From Treponemataceae bacterium (GTDB taxonomy: Bacteria > Spirochaetota > Spirochaetia > Treponematales > Rectinemataceae): a stretch of 64,000 nt of DNA. A program made the translations under genes and the position numbers. Positions 1 to 9,610 of the stretch are shown here, piece after piece (position 1 is the stretch's first letter; each line of letters starts with the position of its first letter). A model generated the notes under the pieces. The model ran no database searches. It worked only from the letters and a program-made list of their open reading frames with translations, and was not told the DNA's origin. The stretch covers positions 1,600,001-1,664,000 of the forward strand of contig CAXXVZ010000003.1 in assembly GCA_963678065.2 (NCBI GenBank). The letters are read 5' to 3'.

Positions 1-567
1 ACCTCCGCGGGCTATGTGTTCGCGCGGATACGGTTCCGGTACAGGGAAACCCTGTTCTATTTCCTCATCGCCGGCATGATGGTTCCCTTCCAGGTGACCC
101 TCGTCCCGAATTTCGTCTTTCTGAGGGACATCGGCCTTCTGGACAGCTACTGGGCCATGATCCTGCCCTACATCGCCTTCCAGATACCTGTTTCGGTCTT
201 CATCATGAGGGGATTCTTCAGGGAACTGCCGGTCGAGCTGGAGGATGCGGCCCTCATCGATGGCTGCGGGAAGAAGGGAATCTTCTTCAGGATCATGCTC
301 CCCCTGGCAAAACCCGCGGTGAGCACGATCCTTATCTACAACTTCTTCGCCGTCTGGAACGAGTTGATTTTCGCCCTCACCTTCACGAACTCGAAGGAAT
401 TCAGAACCATTCCCGTGGGAATCATGGATTTCGTGGGACAGTTCGAAGCGGATTACGGCTATATTTTCGCCGCCTTGTCGTCGGCGAGCATACCGCTTCT
501 GGTCGTCTACTTCCTGGCGCAAAAGCAGATAATAAAAGGTTTGACCGCCGGGGCGGTCAAAGGATGA
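1..567 (+). CDS. Carbohydrate ABC transporter permease (CUT1, MalG-like), 5'-truncated by window edge
   Basis: Open frame from base 1; EAA loop (ELEDAALIDGC), hydrophobic helices, C-terminal GLTAGAVKG. Confidence 0.93.
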   Translation, partial: TSAGYVFARIRFRYRETLFYFLIAGMMVPFQVTLVPNFVFLRDIGLLDSYWAMILPYIAFQIPVSVFIMRGFFRELPVELEDAALIDGCGKKGIFFRIMLPLAKPAVSTILIYNFFAVWNELIFALTFTNSKEFRTIPVGIMDFVGQFEADYGYIFAALSSASIPLLVVYFLAQKQIIKGLTAGAVKG

Positions 568-585
568 GGGTCTTCAGGGGTTTGT

Positions 586-2784
586 ATGCTTGAAAAAAGA
601 AAAATGACGTACTCGGATCTCGTTTCGATGAAAATCGAGGACAGGAAGGTTCTGGCCCGGAGGCTTCTCGCCGAGAAAGATCCAGGCGCAGGCGCCGAAC
701 ACCTTGCGCGGGAATGGGGGCGATTCGAAGATCTGTCTGCCGGTGGCGGCTCGGAGGAGGAGGCGGATCGCGAGGTCGAAAAACTCCTTTCCACAATGAG
801 CCTGCGCCAGAAAGTGGGCCAGATGACGCCCGACACGACTATAGAAGAATACGTTCCAGCCTGCATAAAGTACAACGATACGCCCTATATCGCCGGCGAG
901 GATCTCGATCTGGAAATTCCCGGCGTAAAGTTCACCGACGGGCCGTCAGGCGTCGTGATGGGAAATTCCTCGACCTGCTTCCCGGTCTCCATAGCGCGAG
1001 GTGCCAGCTGGGACCCGGAACTGGAGCGCGAAATCGGCGAGGCGATCGGGAAAGAGGCGAAGAGTCTCGGAGCCAATCTCTTCGCCGGCGTCTGCGTCAA
1101 CCTTCTGCGGCACCCGGCCTGGGGGAGGTCCCAGGAAACCTACGGAGAGGATCCGCACCTTCTCGGCATCATGGGCTCGGCTCTCGTCGGGGGGGTGCAG
1201 AAACACGTCATGGCCTGCGTGAAGCACTTCGCCCTCAACAGCATGGAGAACGCCAGGTACAAGGTCGATGTGGAGCTGGACGAGCGTTCCTTGCGGGAAC
1301 TGTACCTCCCTCATTTCAAGGCCTGCGTCGACTCAGGCGCAGCCGCGGTCATGACGGCCTACAACAAGTTTCGCGGCGAATATTGCGGCCAGAACGAGTA
1401 CCTCATCCGGAAGATCCTGAAAGAGGAGTGGGGTTTCGAGGGATTCGTCATCTCCGACTTCGTCTTCGGCATCCGCGACGGGAAAAAAGCGCTGCTCGCC
1501 GGCATGGATATCGAAATGCCGATACCCGGTCACTATGGAGATAACCTCGTCGGCCTCGTGGAGGGCGGCGAGGTTCCTGAGTCCCTGGTCGACGAAGCCG
1601 CGGCGAGAATCCTGAAGACGAAAATCCGCTTCGCCGCAAAACTGAGCGGGAATCCCGCCGACACGGCTCTGCCGGGCTGCCCCGAACACGCTGCGATAGC
1701 CAGGCGGGCCGCCCTGGAATCCGCCGTGCTCCTCAAAAACGAAGGCGCCTTTCTGCCCTTCGATGCCTCTTCCCAGAAGAAAATAGCCGTCGTGGGAGCC
1801 CTGGCGGCCACTCCCAATATCGGCGACATGAAAGGTTCGAGCAGGGTCTATCCCCCCTACGTGATCACCGCCCTGGATGGTCTTCGCGACAGAGTCGGAG
1901 AGGGCGTGGAAGTCGCCTACTCCGACGGCGAGGATGGGGTTGAACTGGCTGCGGCGCTGGAGGGCGCGGATGCAGTCCTCGTGATCGCGGGACTGACTTC
2001 CGACAACGAGGGCGAGTACATACCGCACTGGAACTCCGGATGCGGGGGAGACAGGACAGACCTCGGCCTGAAAGCGACGGATATCGCCATGATCGAGAAA
2101 ATCTGCGCGGGTTGCGACAGGGTCGCCGTCGTCCTTCAGGGTGGCGGCGCCATCATGACCTCGCCCTGGGAGACTTCAGTCCGGGCGATTCTGATGACCT
2201 GGTATCCGGGGATGGAGGGCGGCGCCGCCCTGGCACAGATACTCTACGGAGACTACAATCCCTCGGGCAAACTGCCCGTGACCATTCCCCGCTCATACGG
2301 GCAGCTTCCGCCCTTCGACCGCGACGCCGAGCGGGTGCAATACGGGTTTTATCACGGCTACTTTCTCGCGGACCGCGAGGCATTCCCGGTCGCCTGGCAT
2401 TTCGGCTTCGGCCTCAGCTACACGAGCTATGAATATTCCGGTCTTGCGATATCCGACTCCGGCCCCGGAGAGGACGATGAAATCATCATCTCCGTACGTA
2501 TCCGTAATACGGGTTCCCGCTTCGGGGAAGAGATCGTTCAGATCTATGTCGGCTGCGAGCGATCGGCGGTTCTTCGCCACGTGAAGGACCTGAAAGCTTT
2601 TGGAAGGGTCGGAATACAGGCTGGTGAAACAGTCGATTTTTCCTGCCCTCTGCGAATCCGTGACCTCGCGTATTACGACGAAGCCGGGAAGCGTTGGATT
2701 GTCGAAAAAACCAGGTACCGGATATATGTCGGATCCTCGTCCAGGGACGAAGATCTGCTCTCGATGAGTATGACCGTGCGATAA
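586..2784 (+). CDS. Glycoside hydrolase family 3 (beta-glucosidase-like), no signal peptide
   Basis: GH3 motifs DGPSG, GRSQETYGEDP, CVKHFA, GFVISDF nucleophile; FGFGLSYT and C-terminal FnIII-like domain. Confidence 0.93.
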   Translation: MLEKRKMTYSDLVSMKIEDRKVLARRLLAEKDPGAGAEHLAREWGRFEDLSAGGGSEEEADREVEKLLSTMSLRQKVGQMTPDTTIEEYVPACIKYNDTPYIAGEDLDLEIPGVKFTDGPSGVVMGNSSTCFPVSIARGASWDPELEREIGEAIGKEAKSLGANLFAGVCVNLLRHPAWGRSQETYGEDPHLLGIMGSALVGGVQKHVMACVKHFALNSMENARYKVDVELDERSLRELYLPHFKACVDSGAAAVMTAYNKFRGEYCGQNEYLIRKILKEEWGFEGFVISDFVFGIRDGKKALLAGMDIEMPIPGHYGDNLVGLVEGGEVPESLVDEAAARILKTKIRFAAKLSGNPADTALPGCPEHAAIARRAALESAVLLKNEGAFLPFDASSQKKIAVVGALAATPNIGDMKGSSRVYPPYVITALDGLRDRVGEGVEVAYSDGEDGVELAAALEGADAVLVIAGLTSDNEGEYIPHWNSGCGGDRTDLGLKATDIAMIEKICAGCDRVAVVLQGGGAIMTSPWETSVRAILMTWYPGMEGGAALAQILYGDYNPSGKLPVTIPRSYGQLPPFDRDAERVQYGFYHGYFLADREAFPVAWHFGFGLSYTSYEYSGLAISDSGPGEDDEIIISVRIRNTGSRFGEEIVQIYVGCERSAVLRHVKDLKAFGRVGIQAGETVDFSCPLRIRDLAYYDEAGKRWIVEKTRYRIYVGSSSRDEDLLSMSMTVR

Positions 2785-2809
2785 TGCGCATATTCCGATG
2801 GAGGATTTC

Positions 2810-4090
2810 ATGAAAACAATCAAAGAGGGTGGCCACAGGCTTTTCGAAAAGGATGCACAAACCGCAGCGACCGTATCCGCGATGCTGCTCGACCTCGAGA
2901 AAAACGGCATGGACGCGGTCCGGGCCTACAGCAAAAAATTCGACGGCTGGGAGCCCTCCAGCTTCGAGATGACGGGAAAGCAGATCGACGATGCAATCTC
3001 CAGCCTGCCGCGCCAGATCCTCGAGGACACGGAGTTTTGCCAGGACAATGTCAGACGCTTCGCGCAAGCCCAGCTCGCGACCATGAGCGATCTTGAAATC
3101 GAACTCCGCCCCGGCGTGATTCTGGGGCACAGGCACATACCCGTGAACGCGGTGGGAAGCTACATTCCCGGCGGCCGCTACCCCATGTTCGGCTCCGCCC
3201 AGATGAGCATCATCCCCGCCAAGGTGGCCGGCGTAAAAACCGTGATCGCCTGCACACCGCCGGCCAAGGGCGCGGGCTGTTATCCGGCTACGGTAAACGC
3301 GATGAGGGCCGCGGGCGCCGACCGCATTTTCATTCTCGGCGGCGTCCCCGCCTTCGCGCTCATGGCCTTCGGAATGGGCGTCGTCGAGCCCGTCGACATC
3401 CTCTGCGGGGCGGGAAACCGCTTCGTGGCCGAGGCCAAGCGCCAACTCTTCGGACGCTGCGGCATCGACCTGCTCGCCGGCCCCACCGAAATCCTCGTCA
3501 TCGCGGACGACAGCGCCGATCCATCCCTCGTGGCCTGCGACCTTCTGGGGCAGGCCGAACACGACCCGAATAGCGGCATATGCCTCGTCGCCCTTGGCGA
3601 GGATTTCGCCCACCGGACGATCGAAGAGGTGGAGAAGCAGCTGGCCAGTCTCCCGACGCGCGACGTGGCCGCCGTCTCGTGGGCGGACAACGGAATCGTA
3701 TATGCCGCACAGTCGCCCGACGAGGCGATACGGATAAGCGACGACTACGCGCCCGAGCATCTGGAGCTCCATTGCGCGGACAACGCCTATTATCAGTCGC
3801 GTCTCACGAATTACGGCTCGCTCTTCGTCGGCGAGGAGACGACGGTCGCCTACGGCGACAAGACGATCGGCACGAACCACATCCTGCCGACGAGCCGCTC
3901 CGCCCGCTACACAGGCGGAGTCTGGGTGGGAAAATTCCTGAAAACCTGCACCTATCAGCGCTGCACGCCCGCGGCGAGCCGGCTCATAGGCGAGGTGACG
4001 GAGCGTCAGTGCATCGCCGAGAACATGCTGGCCCACGGGATAAGTGCCCGCGTTCGCATGGAACGCTACGCAGGATCGGAGCGGCCATGA
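2810..4090 (+). CDS. Histidinol dehydrogenase-family paralog (HpsN/HisD2-like NAD-dependent dehydrogenase)
   Basis: YIPGGR, AGPTEI, QAEH, PEHLE, GDKTIGTNHILPT (GDK rather than GDY of biosynthetic HisD); GGAGG RBS before ATG 2810; no other his genes nearby. Confidence 0.88.
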   Translation: MKTIKEGGHRLFEKDAQTAATVSAMLLDLEKNGMDAVRAYSKKFDGWEPSSFEMTGKQIDDAISSLPRQILEDTEFCQDNVRRFAQAQLATMSDLEIELRPGVILGHRHIPVNAVGSYIPGGRYPMFGSAQMSIIPAKVAGVKTVIACTPPAKGAGCYPATVNAMRAAGADRIFILGGVPAFALMAFGMGVVEPVDILCGAGNRFVAEAKRQLFGRCGIDLLAGPTEILVIADDSADPSLVACDLLGQAEHDPNSGICLVALGEDFAHRTIEEVEKQLASLPTRDVAAVSWADNGIVYAAQSPDEAIRISDDYAPEHLELHCADNAYYQSRLTNYGSLFVGEETTVAYGDKTIGTNHILPTSRSARYTGGVWVGKFLKTCTYQRCTPAASRLIGEVTERQCIAENMLAHGISARVRMERYAGSERP

Positions 4091-4848
4091 AAACCCTGTT
4101 CCGTTCGGAGGGAAAGAACGCCCTCGTGACCGGCGCGGCCACGGGACTGGGTCAGGCGATCGCGAGGACCCTGGCGGAGCAGGGCGCGAATGTAGTGATC
4201 TCCGACAAGCCGGGCGTGAGCCTCGCCCGGACACGGAGCATGGTCGAGGAGCAGGGAGTCCGCGTTCTGGAAGTGGAGATGGACGTCCGCGACGCAGGCC
4301 AGATCGAATCGGGCACCCGCGCGGCCCTGTCCGGATTCGGCCGCATCGACATTCTGGTGAACAATGCCGGCATCAACCGGCCGACGAAGGGACTCGATGT
4401 CGGACTGGATAATTGGGACGATCACTTCCACACGAACGTGCGCGGCGGATTTTTCGTGGCCCAGAAACTCGCTCCGGAGATGATCGGAAATGGCTGGGGC
4501 CGGATCATTTTCATCTCGAGCCAGTCTGGCCTCGTCGGCATCCCGGGGCAGCCGGTGTACTGCTCCACAAAGGGGGCGATCATCCAGCTCGTGCGGACGC
4601 TCGGCGTCGAATGGGCCACATACGGAATCACCGTGAACTCAGTCGCGCCGACCTTCGTCGAAACGAATCTGACGCGCACAAGGCTGCAGAATCCGGAATT
4701 CCGCGCCTTCGTCCTCGGGAAGATTCCGGTGGGCAGACTCGCCCTCCCGGAGGAAGTGTCAGCAGCCGTGGCCTTCCTCGCCAGCGAAGAAGCCGCCATG
4801 GTCAACTGCGCGACCCTCCCCGTCGACGGAGGATGGACGGCCTGGTGA
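4087..4848 (+). CDS. SDR family NAD(P)-dependent oxidoreductase
   Basis: TGAATGLG, NNAG, YCSTK motifs; ATGA overlap with upstream stop. Confidence 0.92.
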   Translation: MKTLFRSEGKNALVTGAATGLGQAIARTLAEQGANVVISDKPGVSLARTRSMVEEQGVRVLEVEMDVRDAGQIESGTRAALSGFGRIDILVNNAGINRPTKGLDVGLDNWDDHFHTNVRGGFFVAQKLAPEMIGNGWGRIIFISSQSGLVGIPGQPVYCSTKGAIIQLVRTLGVEWATYGITVNSVAPTFVETNLTRTRLQNPEFRAFVLGKIPVGRLALPEEVSAAVAFLASEEAAMVNCATLPVDGGWTAW

Positions 4849-4918
4849 GGGAGGCGAGCGGCCGGACACTACCCCGCAGGACGGGTTGTTGAAATGCTTC
4901 GAGTATTTCGACAACCTG

Positions 4919-5137
4919 TCAGGGCTTGCTTCCGATGAGGGTGATGTTGAAGCCGGTCTGGTAGCGTTCGTGACTTTCCGGGTTTTCAATCTTGGTGTTG
5001 GCGTAGTAGCCCACCGATCCGGAGGCGAATTGTTTTTCCGTGGCGACGATTTTTCCCCAGAGGGCTCCGTCGGGTCCGGTAACGGTGAGTTCGAGGAACT
5101 TCGGGGCTTTGGGGTCGGTCTTTTTCGGGTCTGGCAT
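4919..5137 (-). CDS. Small hypothetical protein (72 aa)
   Basis: AAGGAG RBS and its own TTGCCC-17-TATAGT promoter; globular-looking sequence. Confidence 0.72.
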   Translation of the reverse strand: MPDPKKTDPKAPKFLELTVTGPDGALWGKIVATEKQFASGSVGYYANTKIENPESHERYQTGFNITLIGSKP

Positions 5138-5166
5138 GCGGCGCTCCTTGTCAGAGTATACGACTG

Positions 5167-5195
5167 ACTATAGGGAGAAGGGCATCCGTGGGCAA
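5167..5195 (-). promoter_or_regulatory. Sigma70-like promoter for 72-aa gene
   Basis: TTGCCC (5195-5190), 17-nt spacer, TATAGT (5172-5167). Confidence 0.55.
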
Positions 5196-5277
5196 GTAGT
5201 GAGGGAAACTGACCCGGACTCACCTTTGTGGACACCTTCGTATCAGGCAGAGCGTGCGAGTAAAGAAAACCATACGT

Positions 5278-6429
5278 CTACCACTCTGCCAATGATCCAT
5301 CCTCGTACTCGACGTGCGGGGTATCCCAGGCTCCGTCATAGCTGTTCGCGCGCACGAGATCCTCGTCCACCTCAATTCCCAGACCTGCGCCTCCGGGGAC
5401 GGCAATATAGCCCTTTTCAAGTTTGAAGGGAGTTTTCAGAAGGCCGATGCCCAGATCCGCGCCGCTCTCCATCGCGGGGAACTCCTGGATCAGGAAGTTG
5501 GGCGTGCAGGCGTCGAGTTGGAGGCAGGACGCAAGGGAGATGGGACCGAGCGGATTGTGGGGAGCGAAGGCTACGCCATAGACTTCTGCCATCGCGGCGA
5601 TTTTGCGCAATTCGAATATGCCGCCGGCGTGGCAGGTGTCGGGCTGTGCCACTGCGATTGCCTGCTTCTCGAAAAGTTGCCTGAATCCCCAGCGGGTAAA
5701 TTTTCTCTCCCCCGAGGCGACCGGGATGCTCGTGCTCCGCGCGACCATGGCGATTTCTTCGGTATTGTCGGGGAGGCAGGGCTCCTCGATGAACATCGGG
5801 TAGTGGGGCTCGAGGGCCTTGGCAAGTCGTACGGACATGGCGGGACTTATCCTTCCGTGGAAATCCACGGCTATGTCCACCTCTTTCCCTACTACCTCTC
5901 GCAAAGAGACGAAGCGCTTCACCTCCGCCTCTATGAATGATTGTGTGTCGATGTGGCGGACCGGGGCTGCCGGGGCATACTTGATCGCGGTGTACCCATC
6001 TTCCTTGCGGGAACGGGCGGAAGCGAGCATGTCGTCCCAGGTTATCCCACCGATATCGCCATAGGTCTTGATGTGGCCGTACATGCGGATCCTGTCCCTG
6101 ACGCGGCCTCCGAGCATTTCGTATACCGGCATTCCATAGCATTTACCCTTGATGTCCCAGAGAGCTTGCTCGATTCCGCTGATCGCGCTTGTGAGGACGG
6201 GGCCGCCACGATAGAAGGTACCGCGATACATCCGCTGCCAGAGGGATTCGATACGGAAAGGATCGGAACCGATCAACACCGGCTCGAGTTCGGCGATTGC
6301 GGCTGCGACCGTGCGCGCACGGCCTTCAACGATCGGTTCCCCCCACCCGACCACGCCTCCGTCGGTCGAAACCTTGAGGAACAGCCATCGCGGTTTTACA
6401 TGGAAACATTCGAGTCGGGTAATTTTCAT
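5278..6429 (-). CDS. dgoD: Galactonate dehydratase (enolase superfamily)
   Basis: MKIT..PRWLFLKV..GWGEPIVEGRA, DFHGR, FIEEP, GER, PHNPLGP, C-terminal DGSLAEW; GAGGTG RBS. Confidence 0.88.
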   Translation of the reverse strand: MKITRLECFHVKPRWLFLKVSTDGGVVGWGEPIVEGRARTVAAAIAELEPVLIGSDPFRIESLWQRMYRGTFYRGGPVLTSAISGIEQALWDIKGKCYGMPVYEMLGGRVRDRIRMYGHIKTYGDIGGITWDDMLASARSRKEDGYTAIKYAPAAPVRHIDTQSFIEAEVKRFVSLREVVGKEVDIAVDFHGRISPAMSVRLAKALEPHYPMFIEEPCLPDNTEEIAMVARSTSIPVASGERKFTRWGFRQLFEKQAIAVAQPDTCHAGGIFELRKIAAMAEVYGVAFAPHNPLGPISLASCLQLDACTPNFLIQEFPAMESGADLGIGLLKTPFKLEKGYIAVPGGAGLGIEVDEDLVRANSYDGAWDTPHVEYEDGSLAEW

Positions 6430-6457
6430 ACAATGCACCTCGTGAGTTTTATCGTCT

Positions 6458-6489
6458 ATCCGCGAGTGGCATCGATGCCACTCGCGGAT
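6458..6489. repeat. Perfect 32-bp palindrome (intra-operon stem-loop)
   Basis: ATCCGCGAGTGGCATC|GATGCCACTCGCGGAT between permease and dgoD. Confidence 0.9.
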
Positions 6490-6498
6490 GCAGGATGT

Positions 6499-7347
6499 CT
6501 AGCCTTTCACCGCTCCCGCGGTGAGTGCGCTGATCAAGTGCCTCTGAAAAATCAGGAACAGAATCGCGAGCGGAATGCTCGACATGAGGGAGGCTGCCAT
6601 CATGTCGTTCCATGCGATCCGGTATTGTCCGATCAATTGGCCGATACCGACGGGTACGGTTTTCATGTCCTCTCCCGTCGTCAGGATCATCGCGAACATG
6701 TATTCGTTCCAGCCGGTCAGAAAGGAGTATATGGCTGTCGCAGCTATTCCCGGCCTGGCCAGCGGGGTGACGATACTCCAGAATGTGCGCAGTCGACCGC
6801 AGCCATCTATTGCGGCCGCATCGTCGAGCTCTTTCGGAATGCTGTCGTAATACCCGTACATCATCCAGCTGCAGAAAGGAATAGTGAAGGAAACATACAC
6901 CAGTATCAATCCCGTGTAGGAGTTGGAAAGTCCATAGGTCTTGAGGATTTGATAGAACGGGACCAGGAGCATCACGGATGGGAACATCTGTGTCACGAGC
7001 AGGAATGTCAGAAAAGTCTTCCTTCCTGAAAACCTGAATCGAGAAACTCCGTAGCCGGTGAGCGAAGCGAAGAACAGGGAGATGAGCGTGGACACAATCA
7101 CGACTGTAAAGCTGTTGGCGAAATATCTGGGGAAAGGATAGTCGGTCCAGATTCGTTTGAACGCGTTGAAACTCATCGATTCCGAGATCCAGCGTATCGG
7201 CAGGCGCATGACATCCTGGTCCGACTTCAGGGCGGTGGACAGCATCCAGAGCGTCGGGATGACCACGGCGGCGGAGGCGGCCGAGAGAAGGATGTAGGCA
7301 ACGGCTTTCTTGTATGTCGACACCCTTGTCTGTTTATTTTTGATCAT
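6499..7347 (-). CDS. Carbohydrate ABC transporter permease (MalG-like)
   Basis: ELDDAAAIDGC EAA loop; LTAGAVKG end. Confidence 0.93.
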   Translation of the reverse strand: MIKNKQTRVSTYKKAVAYILLSAASAAVVIPTLWMLSTALKSDQDVMRLPIRWISESMSFNAFKRIWTDYPFPRYFANSFTVVIVSTLISLFFASLTGYGVSRFRFSGRKTFLTFLLVTQMFPSVMLLVPFYQILKTYGLSNSYTGLILVYVSFTIPFCSWMMYGYYDSIPKELDDAAAIDGCGRLRTFWSIVTPLARPGIAATAIYSFLTGWNEYMFAMILTTGEDMKTVPVGIGQLIGQYRIAWNDMMAASLMSSIPLAILFLIFQRHLISALTAGAVKG

Positions 7348-8212
7348 TGGGGATCACCTTCCGATACACAAAACTGATTGTCAGACAGATGAAGAGTACG
7401 TAGACGGCCATCGCGGAGGCCCGCCCATAGTCGAAGGCTTCGAAGGCGTGTTTGAAAATTTCGATGCTGACCACCTTCGTCGCGTTGACGGGTCCGCCCT
7501 CCGTGAGGAGCCAGATCATGGTGAAGTGCTTGAAGTACCACAGAGTGTCCAGAATGAGGGAAACCGAAAGCACGGAAGAGAGTCCCGGAAGCGTTACGTG
7601 GAAGAATGAATCGACGGAGCTGCATCCGTCGATCGAAGCTGCGTCATAGAGGTCCTTAGGAATGGACTGCAGTCCCGCCAGAATCATGACCATCATGAAG
7701 GGGTAGCCCTTCCAGATGGCCGCGGCGGCTGTCGAGAGCATGGCCGTGGTTCCGTTCCCGAGCATGGAGAAATTTGCCGGGATGAGGCCCGCCGCGGACC
7801 CCCACTGTGTCAGGATCCCGTACATGGGGTGGAGCATCCAGCGCCAGAGCAGTGCGACCACCACTTCGGGGAAGAGCCAGGGAATAATGAGTATCGACCG
7901 GAAAAACGTTCGACCCTTGATCTCCATATTCAGGAGAAGAGCGAGAAAGAACCCGATGAGAACGTGTCCCGAGACCGTCAGAGCAGTGAATACGAGCGTA
8001 GTCAGTATTCTCCAATGGAAGCCCTTGTTCGGAAAAACATCGAAATAGTAGCGGAGCCCTACGAATTTCCAGCGGTTCATCAGGTTCGTGTTGAAAAAGC
8101 TGATGAACACACCGTAAATCAGGGGCCAGACAACCAACAGCACAAGGATGATGACTGTCGGAATGACAAAAGCGCTTCCCGAGAAGGAAACTCTGAGACG
8201 CCTCTCTCTCAT
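7334..8212 (-). CDS. Carbohydrate ABC transporter permease (MalF-like)
   Basis: LAGLQSIPKDLYDAASIDG, TEGGP, YGRASAMA motifs. Confidence 0.93.
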   Translation of the reverse strand: MRERRLRVSFSGSAFVIPTVIILVLLVVWPLIYGVFISFFNTNLMNRWKFVGLRYYFDVFPNKGFHWRILTTLVFTALTVSGHVLIGFFLALLLNMEIKGRTFFRSILIIPWLFPEVVVALLWRWMLHPMYGILTQWGSAAGLIPANFSMLGNGTTAMLSTAAAAIWKGYPFMMVMILAGLQSIPKDLYDAASIDGCSSVDSFFHVTLPGLSSVLSVSLILDTLWYFKHFTMIWLLTEGGPVNATKVVSIEIFKHAFEAFDYGRASAMAVYVLFICLTISFVYRKVIPNDQK

Positions 8213-8226
8213 GTTCGATCCTCATA

Positions 8227-8254
8227 GTGGCGGCCGGGAATACCCAGCCGCCAC
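8227..8254 (-). other. Stem-loop downstream of solute-binding protein gene (likely mRNA stabiliser/attenuator)
   Basis: GTGGCGGCTGGG-TATT-CCCGGCCGCCAC on minus strand. Confidence 0.6.
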
Positions 8255-8261
8255 ACGTACC

Positions 8262-9524
8262 TTATTCGTTCTCTTTGATGATGCTGCGCAGTTGAGCGCC
8301 AAGGTCTTTGACGGCTTTTTCGACGGGAGCGTTCTGTAAAATGATGTTCTGATACGTGGTCGCTATCGGATCTCCCAGCTTCGGCCAGAATGCTGCGGGG
8401 GCAGCCTGGACGATGTAGGGAATGGCATCGATGAAGCCCTTGAAGCTTTCATTCTTCGCAACCTCACTGGAACCGCCAGTCTCCTTCCTCGTCGGTATGC
8501 GCCCGGTTATCGACATGAACTCCAGGGCGTTCTCTTTCTCGAGAATGAACTTGAGATATTGAACCGCTGCGTCTTTGTTTTTGCTCTTGGAGTTTATCGA
8601 AAAACCGTACAGCCCGGAAGTGGAGACAATGCGGTCTCCCTTGGGAAGCGGGGCTCCGGCGAGTTTGCCCTTGAGTGAAGGATTCTGCGCGAGCACCGCG
8701 CCGATCGTGTGCGGACCGGAGATCATCATGAATGCCTTGCCGTTCGCCATGTGGGCGACGCATTCGGCGTAGGCATCCTGGGAATGGGAAGGGGGAGCGT
8801 ATTTTGCCAGCTCTTTCATCACGGTGAAGGCCTTCACGCCGCCGGCCGTATCCACGAGAGTCTCGAATTTGCCTTTGACAAGACGGAGTTCGTCCGCGTT
8901 GTATGAGCGGAGGATGTTGTAGAAACGCTCGTAGGCGGAACCGCCTTTGCTTGTCATGAGTGCGACGCCGTAGGAGCCGCCCTTCGTGAGCTTCCTGGCG
9001 GTTTCGATCATCTCGTCCCAGGTCTTGGGCACAGACAGGCCCTCGGCGTCGAAAACATCTTTCCTGTACAGGAGGCCGGTGGGAATCGTGAAGTAGGGAG
9101 CAAGCTGCAGCTTTCCGTCGATCATCGCCTCTTTGAGCAGCGATTCGTAGAAACCACTCACATAATCCTTACCTAAGAGAGGAATGAGGTCGGCTGTTAT
9201 CCCCATCTCATAATTCGCGGTAAGGACCTGCGGGACGTTGGTGAAAATGTCGGGGAGGTCTCCGGCAGTGGCCATGACCACGGTCTTGGCGGCCGAGTCC
9301 TTCATCGGGACGTCGATGTACTTGAGTTTGATGTTAGGATACTTCGCCATGAAAGCCGCGTCGATCTGTTTCATCACCTCGCCTTCGGGCTTCTCGAGGT
9401 TCAATGTCGTCAAAATCTGCAAGGTGACTTGTCCCTGCGCCTGGACTCCCGCAGCTCCGAAACCTGGCGCGACAAGCGCGACAGCTGCTGCCATCGCGAC
9501 GAAAAACAATGCCCTGAATTTCAT
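8262..9524 (-). CDS. Sugar ABC transporter substrate-binding protein
   Basis: Signal peptide MKFRALFFVAMAAAVAL; LLYRKD, PKTWDE motifs; AGGAGG RBS before ATG 9524. Confidence 0.92.
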   Translation of the reverse strand: MKFRALFFVAMAAAVALVAPGFGAAGVQAQGQVTLQILTTLNLEKPEGEVMKQIDAAFMAKYPNIKLKYIDVPMKDSAAKTVVMATAGDLPDIFTNVPQVLTANYEMGITADLIPLLGKDYVSGFYESLLKEAMIDGKLQLAPYFTIPTGLLYRKDVFDAEGLSVPKTWDEMIETARKLTKGGSYGVALMTSKGGSAYERFYNILRSYNADELRLVKGKFETLVDTAGGVKAFTVMKELAKYAPPSHSQDAYAECVAHMANGKAFMMISGPHTIGAVLAQNPSLKGKLAGAPLPKGDRIVSTSGLYGFSINSKSKNKDAAVQYLKFILEKENALEFMSITGRIPTRKETGGSSEVAKNESFKGFIDAIPYIVQAAPAAFWPKLGDPIATTYQNIILQNAPVEKAVKDLGAQLRSIIKENE

Positions 9525-9610
9525 CGTTTCCTCCTGGTATTTTTCTAAGGGCCATGCCCTTGGATCCACTGTCCCGCCCCTCCCGAAGGGGCTGTGCTGT
9601 CCGATACCTT

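Noticed and set aside
2810..4090. Calling this gene biosynthetic hisD or definitively hpsN
   Set aside because: GDK motif and context argue against hisD; no sulfonate-pathway genes in the window to confirm hpsN
4886..5167. 93-aa plus-strand ORF
   Set aside because: Overlaps the 72-aa minus-strand ORF, which has the RBS and promoter
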